Shown here: piece by piece, positions 1 to 13,521 of the stretch | How positions within the stretch are numbered: position 1 is the stretch's first letter | Layout: every line of letters begins with the position of its first letter | Origin: Felis catus | Lineage: Eukaryota | Length of the DNA: 64,000 bases | Reading direction: 5' to 3' | Assembly: GCF_018350175.1 (NCBI RefSeq) | Contig: NC_058368.1 | Coordinates: 186,932,001-186,996,000 of the forward strand | Program-made: the position numbers and the translations under genes | The notes under the pieces: model-generated | Told to the model about the DNA's origin: nothing | The model's input: the letters and a program-made list of their open reading frames with translations, nothing else | Database searches by the model: none

Positions 1-59
1 TATGCAGTGTAAACTAAATCTGTCTTTTATGGCTTCCATAGTCCTCATTATGAAATTAC

Positions 60-1250
60 TATTGTTTTGTTTTGCTTTGCTTTGTTTTTGTCTCGTGTTC
101 CTTTGTCTTTGGTTTTAAGCATTCAAATGTTTTGTACCAAGGTGTGATTTATTTCATCTTATTTGAAATTTGCTTTTTGAATGTGTAGATTGAAGTCCCC
201 AACGGGTTGTGGAGATTCTTCAGTCATTATCTTTTCACATATTGCTTCTAAATATATATATATTTAATGTTTATTTGTTTTTGAGAGAGAGACAGAGCAC
301 TGGCAGGGGAGGGGCAGAGAGAGAGGGAGACACAGAATCTGAAGCAGGCTTCAAACTCTGAGCTGTCAGCACAGCTGACTCAAACTCACAGTGAGATCAT
401 GACCTGAGCCAAAGTCAGACACTTAACCGACTGAGCCACCCAGGTGTCCCTCATGTATTGCTTCTAAATATTTATTTCTCTCTGCTCATTTTTCTAGGAC
501 TCAGACATAAGTGTTAAAAGTTAAACTTGTCCCAAGTGTCTCCTGTGCTCTGTTCACCATTTTTATCTCCAAGCTTCAGTTATATATTATCTATTGGCCT
601 GTTCTGAGTTTACTAATAGGAAACTAAAAGTCTTCTGGTGCTTACCACCTGCTGTTTAACCCATCCAATGAATTCTTAGTTTCAAGTGTATGTTTTCATT
701 CTAGAATATCTACTTTTTTATATATTGAAATGTCTGTTGAATGTTTTTTTTCTCTTTTGATTTACATTATCCATATTCTATTTGACTTATTGATCATAGT
801 TACTTTACTTGTCTGCCTTCTCCAACCTCTGGCTTTATCTAAGGTGCTGCTTCTGTTAGTACCTTTCTCTCTCAATTTTCTGTCACTTTCTCCTAACAGT
901 TCAGGTGTCTAGTAATTTTTTACTGCAAACAAGATATTTCATATAAAAGAGTTATAGAACACTGAGATTGCTGTTATTTCATTTCCAAAGACTGATTTTC
1001 TTTTCCTCTTTTAGGTACAGATTGAAGGGCTGATTACCTCAAATAAATTAAGAATTGAGCAAGGCCAGGACTGGGTATAGCTTTAGTTACATTCAGGGTC
1101 TAATTTAATGCTTCATGAGTGAGAACCATTTTGTGCTCATTCTAGATACCTCCTGTTAGTGGAATTTTGTCTGCTATGCATTGCAAAATATCCAAGACTG
1201 TATTATTTCTTTTTTCCCCAAGTTTTCTGGATCCCCATATCACTGCAGCC
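60..1250 (-). mobile_element. Ancient, heavily decayed L1M-type LINE-1 fragment (ORF1/5' region), interrupted by a SINE
   Basis: T-rich plus strand with L1M-like phrases (cagtcattatcttttcacatattgcttct; aacccatccaatgaattcttagtttcaag) resembling the other L1M relics at 18.8 and 29.7 kb. Confidence 0.55.
256..450 (-). mobile_element. Can-SINE (SINEC_Fc-type)
   Basis: Reverse complement of the SINEC head (ctgagccacccaggtgtccc), gtcagcacag core, (GA)n tract and A-tail; TSD tca(ca/tg)tattgcttctaaatat at 235-255 and 451-471. Confidence 0.95.
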
Positions 1251-2814
1251 TACTACAAATGTCCTGTTGAATATACAAAAGCAAAGAAAGAGGACTTAAA
1301 GCATACCATTATAATCATCAAAGCACAAAATAAAAAATGAATAAAGGAACTACAAAACACCAGGAACAACTAACAAAATGTCAGTAAGTACCCACTTATT
1401 AACAATTACTTTAAATTTAAATGAATTAAATTTTCCAGTCAAAACACACAGAATGGTTGAATGAATAAAAAGCAAAAGCCAACTATATGTTGCCCATACA
1501 AGACTCACTTTAGATTTAACAACACGTATAGGATGAGTGAAGGGATGAAAAAAGATATTCCATGAATGGAAACCAAGAGAGAACAGGAGTAACTATTTTA
1601 TATCAGACAAAACCAGTTTATAGTAAAAAGCTATACTAAGTGACAAAGAAAATCACTGTATAATGATAAAGGAGTAAATTCATCAAAAGGTTATAAAAAT
1701 TGTAAGTATATATGCACCCAACATTAGAGTACCTAAATATATAAAGCCAATATTAACAAATTTTAATGGAGAAATATATTAAAATACAGTAATAGTAGAG
1801 AATTTTAATACCACACTTTCAACAATGGATAGATTATCTAGACAAAATTAATAACAAATCATTGGATTTGAACTATGTTTTAGACCAGAAGGACCTAAGA
1901 TATACAGAGGATTCCATCTAAGCAATAGAATACACATTCTTTTCAAATGCATGTGGAACATTCTAAGGAATAGATCATATGCTAGGTAAGAAAACAAATA
2001 TTGACAAACTGAAGAAGATTGAAATCATATCAATATCTTTTCTAACCACAATAATATAAAACTAGAAAACAGTAACCGAAGGAAAACTGGAAAATTCACA
2101 AATGGGTGGCAATTAAACATCACATTCCTGAACAATCAATCAAAAAAGAAGTTAAATAGGAAATTTAAAAATATCTTGAGACAAATGAAAATGGAAACAC
2201 AATATACAAGATGCAACAAGACTTTGTTTTCCTGAGCCTCTTATGAGATGCAGCAAAGCATTTGTAAGAGGACAGTTTATAATGATAACTACCTATATTA
2301 AGAAAAAATAAATATCTCAAATAAACAACCTATCTCAAGTAAACACCTCAAAGAACTAGAAAAAGAACTAACTAAACTCAAAGTTAGCAGAATGAAGAGA
2401 ATAACAAAGATAAGACCTTAAATAAAATAGATACCAGAGAATAAAACAATACAGAAGATCAATGAAACCGAGGTGGATTTTGAAAATATAAGCAAAATTA
2501 ACAAATTTTGGCTAGACTAACCAAGAAAAATAAAAGAGAAAATTCAAATAAAATCAGAAATGAAAGAGGAGACATTACCACTAATCCTGCAAAAATACTA
2601 AGAATCACAAGAGAATGCTATGAACAATTATAGACCAACGAATTGGATAACCTAGATGAAATGGATAAATGTCTATAAACAAATAACCTACCAAGTCTGA
2701 ATCACAAAGAAAAAGAAAACCTGAACAGACCAATAACAAGTAGGAAAATTGAATCAGTAATAAATTTTCCCAGTAAAAAAAAGGCCAGGAACAGATGACT
2801 TCACTGATGAATTC

Positions 2815-2874
2815 TTTTTTTTTAAGGTTTATTCATTTCTGAGAGAGAGTGCACAAGTGAGGGAGGAGGAGGAG

Positions 2875-2916
<42 letters not shown>

Positions 2917-3045
2917 ATCTGACACAAGCTCCAGGTTCCCAGCTGTTAGTGTAGAGTCCTATGTGGGGCTTGAACTCAAGAACCATGAGATCATGACCTG
3001 AGACGAAGTCAGATGCTTAACCTAGTGAGCCACCCAGCCATCCCC
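2815..3045 (-). mobile_element. Can-SINE inserted in L1 ORF2
   Basis: SINEC body in reverse with (GA)n; tgatgaattct duplicated on both sides. Confidence 0.92.
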
Positions 3046-3702
3046 AGTGATGAATTCTAACAAATGTTTAAAATAGAATGAACACCAATCCCTCTCAAAC
3101 TCTTTCAAAAAACAAAAGAGAAGGGAACACTTCCAAAATCATTTTAGGACACCAGCATTACCCTAAGTGAGACAAGGACACTATAAGAAAAGAAAATTGC
3201 ACCCCATATTTCTGATGAACATAGATACAAAAATCCTTAACAAAATAATAGCAAACTGAATTCAACAGCACGTTAAAAAGATCTTACACCATGATCAAGA
3301 GGGATTTATCCCTGGGATGCAAGCATGATTCAACATACACAAATCAATAAATATGATACACCATGTTAATAGAAAGATGAAAATCACATGATCATCTCAA
3401 CAGATTCAAAAAAAGTATCTGACACAATTCAGCATGATTTAAAACTCTTAGCAAATTTGGTATAGGAGAAAGTTACTTCAACATAGTATAGACCATAAGT
3501 GACAGGCCTACAGATAACATTATATTCAATGGTGAATGAAAGCTTTTCCTCTAAGTTTAGGAACAAGACAAATGTTTCTACTCTCACCACTCGTATTCAA
3601 CATAGTCCTGGAAGTCCAAGCCAGAGCAATAGGGCAGGAAAAAAAAAAGTAAAAGGCATCTATAAGAAAGGAAGAAGTAAAATTATATTTGCAGATGACA
3701 TG

Positions 3703-3704
<2 letters not shown>

Positions 3705-3746
<42 letters not shown>
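3705..3746. repeat. (TA)n microsatellite expanded inside L1 ORF2
   Basis: About 20 TA units immediately after the FADDMI codons. Confidence 0.97.
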
Positions 3747-3749
<3 letters not shown>

Positions 3750-5759
3750 CCCTAAAGACCCCACCAAAAAACTGATAGAACTAATATACAAATTCAGTAA
3801 AGTTGTGGGATAAAAAATCAACATACAAAAATCCATGTTATTTCTATACATTAACAATTATCAAAAAAATTTAAAAAAACAATCCCATTTACAATAACAT
3901 CAAATAGAATAAAACAGAAATAAATTTAACCAAAAAGGTGAAAGATCTCTACACTGACAACTATAAAATATGAAAGAAATCAAAGATATAAATGGAAAGA
4001 CATGCCATATTTATGGATTAGAATAATTAATACTGTTAAAATGTATATACAACCCAAAAGCTATCTACAGATTCAATGCAGTCCCTATCAAAATTCTTGT
4101 GGTATTTTTCATAGCAACAGAACAGACAATTCTGAAATATGTATGGAACTGCAAACAACCCTGAGTAGCCAAAGCGATATTAAGCAAGAACTAAGCTTGA
4201 GGTATCACACTTCCTAATTTCAAATTATATTATGAAGCTATAGTTATCAAAACAGTATGGTACTGGTATAAACATACACACTGACTAATGGAACAGAACT
4301 GAACCCCCAAATAAGCCACACATATATGGTCAACTAATCTTTTCAAGGGCACTAATAATATACAATGGGGAAAGAATAGTCTCTTAAGTAAATGGAGCTG
4401 TGAAAACTAAATATCACATGCAAAAAAAATAAAACTGGACCTCCATCTTATACTACTCATAAAAATTAAGTCAAAATGAATTACAGACTTAAACATAAGA
4501 CCTGAAATCATAAACCTCCTAGAAGAAATCATAGGGAGAAAGCTCCTCGACACTAGTCTTGGCAATGATTTTTTGGATATGACACCAAAAGTACAATCAA
4601 CAAAAGCAAATATTAATAAGTGGGACTGTGTCAATCTAAATAGCTTTTGCACAGCAAAAGAAAACATCAACAAAATAAAAAGTCAACCTATGGAGTGGGA
4701 ACAACTGTTTTCAAATCATGTATTTGAAAAGGGAATAATGTTTAAAATATATAAAGTTCTCATAAAACTCAATAGAAAAAAATAAAAACCCAATTAAAAA
4801 ATAAGCAGAGAAAGTGAATAGAAATTTTTCCAAAGAATGTGTACAAATGGCTAACAGGTATATGAAAAAGATGCTCAATATCACTAATCATCAGGGAAAT
4901 ACAAATCAAAACCACAATGAGATAGATACGAGCTCACACTTGTTAGAATGGCTATCCTCAAAAAGAGATAACAAATGTTGCTGACAGTGTAGAACAAATG
5001 GAACTATGATTACTGTTGTGGAAATGTAAATTGGCACAGCCAGGATGGAAAACAATACAGAGTATCCTCAAAGAATTGAAAATCAAAATCTTGTATGATC
5101 CAGAAATCCCACTTTTGGGTATATATCCAGAGAAAGTGAAATCAGTATTTTGAAGAGTTATCCGCATTCCTATGTTGATGAAGTCATTATTAACAATAGC
5201 CAAGATCTGAAAACAATTTTAGTGTCCATAGCTGGATGAATGGATTAAAAACATGTGAAATACGCAGACATGCTAGAATATTATTCAACCTTAAAAAAAA
5301 AAAAAAGGAGGAAATCCTTCCGTTTGCAACAATTTGGATGAACCTGGAGGACATTATGCTTAGTGAAATATGCCAGGCACAGAAAGACAAATACTGCATG
5401 ATCTCTCCTATATGTGGAATCTACAAATGTCAACATAATAACAGATTAGAATAGTGGTTACCAGTAGCTGGGGAAGAGGGAAGAATAGAGAGATGTTGGT
5501 CAAGTGGTACAAACTTTTGGTTATAATAAGTCCTAGAGACCCAAGTAAAGCGTGGTGACTATAGTTAATAATACTGTATTATATACTTGAAATTTTCTGA
5601 AAGAGTAGGTCTCAAGTATCCTCACCACAAAAAAAATGAAGAAAAAAAGTAACTTTGTGCAGTGATGGGTATGTTAATTAGCCTGATTATGATAATCACT
5701 TCACAATGTAAATGTATAGCAAAACATTACATTTCATCCTTTAAATACATAACATTTTT

Positions 5760-5994
5760 GGGGGTGCCTCAGTGGCTCAGTCAGTTGAGCATCCATCTCT
5801 TGATGTTGGCTCAGGTCATGATCTCATAGTTGGTGAGATCAAGGCCCACACTGAGCTCTGTGCTGACAGCATGGAGCCTGCTTGGGATTCTCTCTCTCCC
5901 TCTCTCCCTACTCCTCTCCTGCTCACATGTGTGTTTTCTCTCTCAAAATAAATAAACATTTTAAAAATGTTAAATAAATATATACATACGTACA
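5760..5994 (+). mobile_element. Can-SINE inserted in the L1 3' UTR
   Basis: ggggtgcctcagtggctcagtcagttgagc head, (CT)n, aaaataaataaac tail; degenerate TSD ta(a/c)atacataa(c/g)attttt. Confidence 0.92.
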
Positions 5995-6469
5995 TACATA
6001 CATAAGATTTTTATTTGTTAATTATATCAAGAAAACTGGGGGGTGGGGAGTGGGGGTGGGAGGGGAACAGGGGGTAAGGTAAATGTCCTGGTGTCAATAC
6101 CAAGCATGGAACTGGAAGTCTTTTAGATTTCATATTGCCACAGCAGGAAACCATAACCTTCTCCACGTGTTTCTTTCTCCTAAAAATGACCCTCTGGCAA
6201 TAGCAAGCCAGACGGAGAGCCTACTCCCAGACTTGGCAAACATCTCCATGAGAAAGGAAGAGGACCTTGATCTCAAGCCCACCTGGAAGAGGCTTTTCCC
6301 TCTTAGGAATTTTACCTATCCATCTTTGCTACCATACCTTTCCAGTATATTTTTTAAAAATAGTTCTAAATATTGATTCTGTTAGGTGTGGTTGCTATGT
6401 AGAAGCAAGAGCTTTTTGCTACTTACTTTATCCTATTTGGAAATAGCTTCAAGTGATACAAACATGTGC

Positions 6470-7970
6470 AATACATATATGGCCCTTGCCATTATAGAAC
6501 TTACAATTGAGTGGGAGAATTAACATTTAACAAAAAAATAAGCACACAATTTAAAAGGTAAGTGCTACGAAGAAAGAGCGTGAGGTAAAAAAAAAAAAGG
6601 GTGTTAAAAAAAAAGCTGCCAATTTGGATTGCAGGGTCAGGTCAATCCTCCTTGAGGCAACAATTAAATTGAGACATCAAAAACAAGAAATTATTTCATA
6701 GGAGAGTGGAAACAAGATCATTTCAAGGTGAAGAAACATTATATTCAATATTGTGAGGTGGGAAAGTATGACACTGTGATTTGTAGTAAGATATATATAT
6801 TCTTTTGATCTTCCTTTTTCTGGAACAGAGCTACCAAGAACCTTGGAATTTCCTAAGTTATGGGAGCATTAAAAGTGTTTTTTGTTGCATTAATGAGGTG
6901 ATTTATGGAAGGCACCTAAGGATGGGGGCTGGATAACAGGAGAACCAACAAAAAATTAGAGGTTGCAATTCTCTGCCCCACCCCTTGACCTCCAAGGAGG
7001 GGAGAGGAGCTGGCAACTGAGTTCAATCATCAATGGCCAACAAGTTAATCAACTGTGCCTGTGTAAATAAAGCCTCCATTAAAACTCAAAAGGAGAGGGG
7101 TCGGAGAATTTCCAGGTTAGTGAATACATGGAGTTTGGGGAGAGTAGTGCACTCTGAGAGGCATGGTTGATTCATTTCTTTTCCCATACTTGGCTCTAGG
7201 TGTTTCTTCCATCTGCCTATCCTTCAGTTACATACCTTCATAACAATCTAGTAAGTACATTGTTTCTCTGAGTTTTGTGGAACCTCTAAACTAGGGCTGG
7301 TTGATCAGAAGGACGGGTGACAAACTGAGCTTATGGCTGGCATCTGAAGAGGGTGGGGGTGGGGTCTTGTACGACCGAGTCCTTACATTGTGGGGACTTG
7401 ATGCTACCTCCAGGTAGATAGTGTCAGCACTAAGTTAAATTGTAGGACACCTAGCTGGTGTCATGACGTACTGCTTGGTGTTGGGGGAAAAAACCCACAT
7501 ATTTGGCGACCAGAAGTGTTTTGTGTGAGTAGGAAGAGAGACACAGGAGATAGAACACGGAGACTTTCCGATACAGAAAGATAGTGTTTTTATCAAGTAT
7601 TTGAAAACATGTAAGCCTGAGTGACAAGGAGTATGTTATGGAAGGAGGCCAGCAGAGGAGGCCAGGTTGCACAAAGCTTTGTAATCACGTTAAGATTTTG
7701 TATCCTAGCCTTTGAATAATCATAGTCAGTTAAGTGCCAATTCGCTCTGTGGAGATGACTTAGAAGAAAGGAAAACCGAACACAAGGAAATGGATTAGGA
7801 AGCTATTGAAAGTGACCATGTGAAAAACGACAAGTATTTGGAGTATGATGGTGACTGTGGAGGTGGATACCTATTGGATTGGAGATCTATTTTAAAGGTA
7901 GAATTGGTTAAGACTTGATGGTGGAACAAATGGGAAAATAAGAGAAAAGGAGGTAACAGAAGTTTCGGCT
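6470..7970 (-). mobile_element. L2 LINE relic, split by an LTR
   Basis: AG-rich L2-like phrases (ggattggagatctattttaaaggtagaattgg; gacttgatgg) on both sides of the LTR. Confidence 0.55.
6767..7575. mobile_element. Solo LTR, MER21-like (ERVL class)
   Basis: 809 bp ending in ...ataca, flanked by a 5-bp direct repeat gaaag (6762-6766 and 7576-7580); MER21-like internal phrases (ccccttgacctccaaggaggggagaggagctgg; caggtagatagtgtcag). Confidence 0.75.
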
Positions 7971-7988
7971 TCAAAAATATAAAGCTTA

Positions 7989-8197
7989 GTGGCTCCTGGG
8001 TGGCTCTGTCCATTAAGCATCTGGCTTCAGTTCTGGAACTCACAGTTCCAGAGTTCAAGCCCCACATGGGGCTCTGTGCTGACAGCTCGGAGCCTGGAGC
8101 CTGTTTCAGATTTTGTGTCCCCCTCTCTCTCTGCCCCTCCCCCACTCATGCTCTATTTCTCAAAAATAAGTGTTAAAAAAATTAAATCTATATATAT
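7989..8197 (+). mobile_element. Can-SINE
   Basis: SINEC core ggctctgtgctgacagctcggagcctggagcctg; TSD atataaag(c/t)tta. Confidence 0.93.
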
Positions 8198-8229
8198 ATA
8201 TAAAGTTTATACTTTGTTGACACGGATTT

Positions 8230-8410
8230 TATGAAATACTTCCCATGCATTATATGATTTGATTGTCACAGTAACACAATAGGATTGACATTATTATCCC
8301 CTTTGCAGATAAGGAAAAGAAGGCTCAAAAGAATCAAGTGGATGGTCTGTTGTTGAGTCAGTAATTACTCCACACCTGAGACCAGAATCAAATTCTACGA
8401 TACTGGTCCA
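8230..8410 (-). mobile_element. MIR SINE relic
   Basis: attatcccctttgcagataaggaaaagaaggctca resembles the reverse MIR core. Confidence 0.65.
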
Positions 8411-8664
8411 GGACTTTTTTCTGTTTATAGGTTTATTCCCTCAATGTGAATTTGAGAAATACAAGAGAAGACTCCTGTGGCAGTTTATCAGAGAGTTGAT
8501 GTGTCTACCATGTCCTCAGTCACAACAAAAATCCCAACCAAACCCATCACCAATAAGTTAAAGCTAACAATCTGGGGGCAATAATAATAATAGCATTAAA
8601 TGAATTTTATTGACCCCTTCACAGACTTTGAAATCTTTAACATGTATGATCTCATTTAGTTATT

Positions 8665-8875
8665 TGGGCGCCTAGGTGGCTCAGTCAGTTAAGTATCCAA
8701 CTTTGGATCAGGTCATGATCTCGAGGTCCATGGGTTCAAGCCCCATGTCGAGTTCTGTGCTAACAGTCCAGAGCCTGGAGCCTGCCTCAGATTCTGTGTC
8801 TCCCTCTCTCTCAGTCCCTTTCCTGCTTGCCCTCTGTCTCTCTCTCAAAATAATAAACAGGAAAAAATTAATAAA
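8665..8875 (+). mobile_element. Can-SINE inserted in a minus-strand MIR (MIR about 8600-9010)
   Basis: gggcgcctaggtggctcagtcagttaag head and SINEC core; MIR core cccattttagagttaaggaaagaggcacag downstream. Confidence 0.92.
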
Positions 8876-10539
8876 TAATTGTCATAATAATATTACCATT
8901 GGGATAGATACTAATATTAACCCATTTTAGAGTTAAGGAAAGAGGCACAGAAAGACTAAATAATTTGCCTGAGTTCACAGAACTAGTAATTGGCAAGGTC
9001 AAGATCTGCCAGAGTCTATACTATGCTGTGCATTGTGAATTTCAGAAGACCATTTTAATAGTAAAAGCATAGAAAACAAGGCCATATGGTTTCATGAAAA
9101 CTGAATTCAGACTCAAAAGATCAGGACTATATCAGTGCTGGCTTTGTCACTGACTCTCTAGCCTTCAGTCTATTCTTGTCCCCTCTACCGCTGCCTCATC
9201 CCTGGCCTCACTTTCTATCTGTAAAATGCAAGGTTTCTATTACGTTATTTCCAGGGGTCCTTCTGATTTCTGTTCTTTCTGGTTTTTGTTTTTCATCTGC
9301 TCATAGGTAATCATATTGTCAAGTGTTGGTTAATGTAGCTTGTGGTATCACCAGCCAATCCCCTCACTGGCCATCTCCGCCCAATTTTCTCTTCAGGACT
9401 GACAACTTCCCACTACCCCAGAGCCCCAAGTTTCTTAGACCATTCTCAGCTGGCTTCCAGGGTGCTCCTTGTTGATAGCTTGGCAATTAACTCATCCTGC
9501 TAGCACACTCGCTGTGTTAAAGTGCTAAATTACAGAGGGTGTTTATCATATGTCAGGCTGACAGCCTCCTGCTGTCAGCTTTGATTTGCTAAGTACCTGC
9601 AAAAGATTTGGTGACTGGAACACCTGGTCTGCAGAGCAGGCTAAGCAGCAAAGCTGCAGACAGCATCAAGCATGTGGCCTCCTCATGTCACTCACCACCC
9701 CTCTGCTTTGCAGTAACAAGAGACTAGGGTAGCACACAAATGAACCAAGATAAACTTCAGTCTGGACCGATACTGTTAAGCCTTTGCCTCGGTTAATGCT
9801 GTAGTGATAATAATGAACAATTATGACATTCTTATTGCTATGTACCAGGATCTGTGCCAAATACTTCACCTGCCCAAACTCACTTAATCTTTTCAACATC
9901 ACAGGAGTTTAATTCCTTCCACTCCCCCACCCCTCCCCAGTACACACACCTGCCCCTGGTGGTGGGTCATCTAGTAGGTGAGTAATATAGCAGAATTGGA
10001 TTTACTTGTTCAAATCACAGCTCCACCTGAGAATTTACCATCAGGTCTCACAAACCCTTCCCACTGTCTCATTCTCCACACTCCAGGCATCACTATGCTT
10101 TCTGGAAGGTAGTAATGAGTTAGCAAGCAAAACACTTTCTGCTGTACATTTTCTTTGCAGTTATGTAATTTCACTGCTCAGTTAAAGAACAGTGGTTCTT
10201 AACTAAGCTGTGAAGACACAGTTGTAAGTCAGTGACTCTTTGATTAGGCAAAATAGGAAAAAGAGGTTTGCTGAGTGGCTAATCAGAGCAGACTTTTGAA
10301 ACTACTATCTCCTTCTCTGTCCTTGTAGTTTGATTCAGTCCCGGTCTTTCTATCTGAAATTAGCAAGTCAATGGTCAACTTGTTTAGTTGGACATAGTAT
10401 TTTATTAAAAAAAAACTAAAACTAAAAAAACTAAACCAAGTCCCACTGCTAATACTTATAATTTGTTGGAGTGAGATGTACCTGATTGGGAATTTTATTT
10501 TTTGCAAATACAAAATTTGTCATCTCAGGCAATTTGCTC

Positions 10540-10830
10540 GTTTTCTCAGCATGAGTATCTCATGTGTAAAATGAAGATAATAATAGTACTTACCTCATAT
10601 GAAGATGGAAATTTAAAATTTGGGAGAGAGAGGAAGCATGGGATTATGAAAATGTATTTGCATTTGAATCTGGTTTCTGAGACTTCAAGACATTGGCAAA
10701 ATTCAGTCAGTGTCTGTGGGGTTATGTTCTTTGCCCATAAATAGGAATAATAACCCTGCTGTAAGGGTTGTGTTAAGAACTAAATGACATAATATATATA
10801 CAACACCTCCTGTAACACCTGGCACAAAAT
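10540..10830 (+). mobile_element. Two MIR fragments
   Basis: ctcatgtgtaaaatgaagataataatagtacttacctcata; gggttgtgttaagaactaaatga...cacctggcaca. Confidence 0.7.
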
Positions 10831-11839
10831 ACTTAGTATGGTTTCCTCTGTTTACATGCATTCTTTTTAACTTTATAATTTTTTTGCTCACATATAAACT
10901 AGATGACTTTACCAAGTCAGTAGAGAAAGGGACTGTTCATTTACTAGGTTGATAAAGATGAACGTCACTTAGACACATCACTTAGGTGAGTGTGTTATCT
11001 TTGCAGACCAGTTGGTTTCTCCCAACTCTTACAGTTAGATGCTATGGAGTTCAGCCACACAAATGCATACGGGTCAGAAGTGGGACTGACCAAAATGGTT
11101 CAGTGAAAAGGTATCAACCCGCAGTCACAAAAACAACTCACGAATGCTGACAAGAGGATGTCATCACAACGTGTTGATTCTTTGTGTGCAGAGTAGTGTT
11201 CTTTTTCTCCTGATTTTACTTGGCTGAAGTAAAGTCCCATCAAAGCCAAGTCTACTCTAAGGAGATGGGACATTTGCTGGAAGCAGGTAGTGTCCTGCTG
11301 TGTCTACTCTTCCCAAATTAGAGCTCTTGTACCAGGACCTCAAGGTCCTATAGTTGACAAAGTATTTCCCACTATTTTCAGTTCCTTTATTCTCCTTTAA
11401 GTGTAAAGCTATCTGACATAATTCTTCAATTGGTAATAGGTAATTGTTATTCTTGGGAAGTATCAGAAAATGTTTCCATGCTGGGTTTATATAAAAATGG
11501 CCCTTGGGAGAAGGGGGCTCAAATTTGCAGAACACATGCTCTTAGTCTTTCTGTAGCACTAAGAAGTCTATCCTGAATGAACAAATGGACAACTATTTCC
11601 TCCAGGAGATATCTGCACATATGAGGGAACTAGAAACCAGCATATTTCTTACTCTCGAAGTTAACTTCTGGGCTGAGAGGAATGTAGTAACTTCAGATCC
11701 CTGGCACAAGAGAGTCTAGTAGGTCAGAGGCCAATATCCCAATGAGAGATGCAATAATGTATGTACAACTTGAACTGCTGAAACAGTGTTGCAGAACAAA
11801 GGGATCTGCTGAAAAAGAGAAGTGTGATGAGCTGAAAAA

Positions 11840-11984
11840 AGTACTGTGTTTCAAGTCAGAGACCTTGATTAAGCTCCTAGCTGTGTGACCTGGAATAAAT
11901 TATCCATCCTTTCTCAGCATGAGTTTATTTTTCTGTAAAAGGGGATACTAATGTCCACCTCCATGGGAATATGTTAAGGATTAA

Positions 11985-12021
<37 letters not shown>
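11840..12021 (+). mobile_element. MIR followed by (TA)n
   Basis: ctagctgtgtgacctgg...ctgtaaaaggggatactaat; TA repeat about 11988-12021. Confidence 0.7.
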
Positions 12022-12025
<4 letters not shown>

Positions 12026-13299
12026 AGATTGATTTTTGGCATATAGCATGAACAAATGCATGGTATCTTCTTTCATTCTTGAATCCTTGTGAGGAAAAAA
12101 CCATTCTTTCAAAGTGTTGTTTAAAATTTGATCTCTGTCTTCCATTTTTGAAACAAACACTCAGACTATAGTTTATTGATAGTAAGACCTTTGTTGAACA
12201 TTTACTAATGCAGTTATGAAGCAAAGTGATTGTCATGTATTCAACATTAAGAGGTACTTTACAGATTAAGAAACTGAGACTCCAGCTTGAAGTAACTCCA
12301 TCAGTGAGTTAGTTAGGAAGTGGAAGAATCAGAATGGAATTCGAGTCTACCAGGAGAGCCAACAGACTCCATGGCTGCACTTTTCAGCAACACTAAATTT
12401 TTGGCTGTATAGCTTCATGTATCCTTATGCCTCCCCACCCCACTTCCTGACCTCTTTTCAGTATCTTTTCTACAGTAAAGCCTAATTCATTAGGGATTTA
12501 TCAACATTCTGATGTTGAGGTTAACAATGCATATTATCCAGCAAATACTTTCTTCATATCCAGTGTAAATGAATGGTGCTATGAATGTGTTTGAACTACT
12601 TAAGGAAGCAAACTGTCTCGGGCATCCCCAAGGGCATTAGAAAATAGTCATACAAATAGACTGAATATCCTTGTTTTTATTTATTCGTTAAGTCAGGTCA
12701 CCTCAACAGGACAAACACATGTAAATCCTCAGTTCCTATCTGTCTGTGACACGGAATGAGAAATGCGGTTAGAGTTTGCTTTCATTTTCTACCAAACAGA
12801 ATTAGGACCTTAGAGGTTAATAATAGCAATACAGTAGTGGCAATAGCCATAATGTCGGTGGCTGTGGCGGTGGCCATGATGGTGGTTATAGCAGCAGTGC
12901 AAGATGCTCCCTAGGAACTGGATAGAGTACTATGCATTTTATTTACACTATTTCCTTTAGTTTTCATAGCTTTGAAAAACACAGAATTTTTATCCTAATT
13001 TTATAGGTGAAGAAACAAGTTGGATAATTTGCTCAAGGTCAGCTAGGCAAAAAGTAATGACACTCACTAACCTATTTGCACTGTGTATACAACTGAAATC
13101 TAAAGTAGCAACTCCATCCTTAAAGCATTTTCACATTAAATTCCCTTATACTACCCCATGTGAGTTTCATGGATGCCTATTTTCTGAAATGTGCAAAATC
13201 ATGTAAGTAAAGCAGATATAAATCATAAAGCATAAAAATGCAGAGAATAATGTGAACAACTGTGAATGAGGCCATATGATCTTCTGTGAAGAATGAGAA

Positions 13300-13504
13300 C
13301 AGGTATCTGCAAACTTTGACCTGCAGACCAAATCCAGTCCATCCCCTATTCTTGTAAATAATGTTATTAAAACACCATCAAACCCATTCATTTATGTGTT
13401 GTCTATAGCTACCTCCATGAATAGTTGCAACAGTGACTTTATGTCCAACAAAAGCGAAAACATTTACTATTTGTCTCTTGACAGAAAGAGTTTGCCACCT
13501 CCTG
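13300..13504 (+). mobile_element. MER58A-like hAT-Charlie MITE
   Basis: Termini caggtatctgcaaac...gtttgccacctcctg; internal aaaacatttactatttgtctcttgacagaaagag. Confidence 0.8.
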
Positions 13505-13521
13505 GCCTAGAACATCACGAG

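Larger units (their letters stand above)
1270..6080 (+). mobile_element. 5'-truncated LINE-1, L1MA9-like: decayed ORF2 (endonuclease-RT) plus 3' UTR
   Basis: ORF2 start near 1378 (MSVSTHLLTITLNLNELNFPVK), RT motif FADDMI near 3690, later ORF2 fragments (KANINKWDCVNLNSFCTAKE; ILPFATIWMNLEDIMLSEI), L1MA-type 3' UTR; TSD aaatgtcctg(t/g)tg at 1257-1269 and 6081-6093; many stops and frameshifts. Confidence 0.92.
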
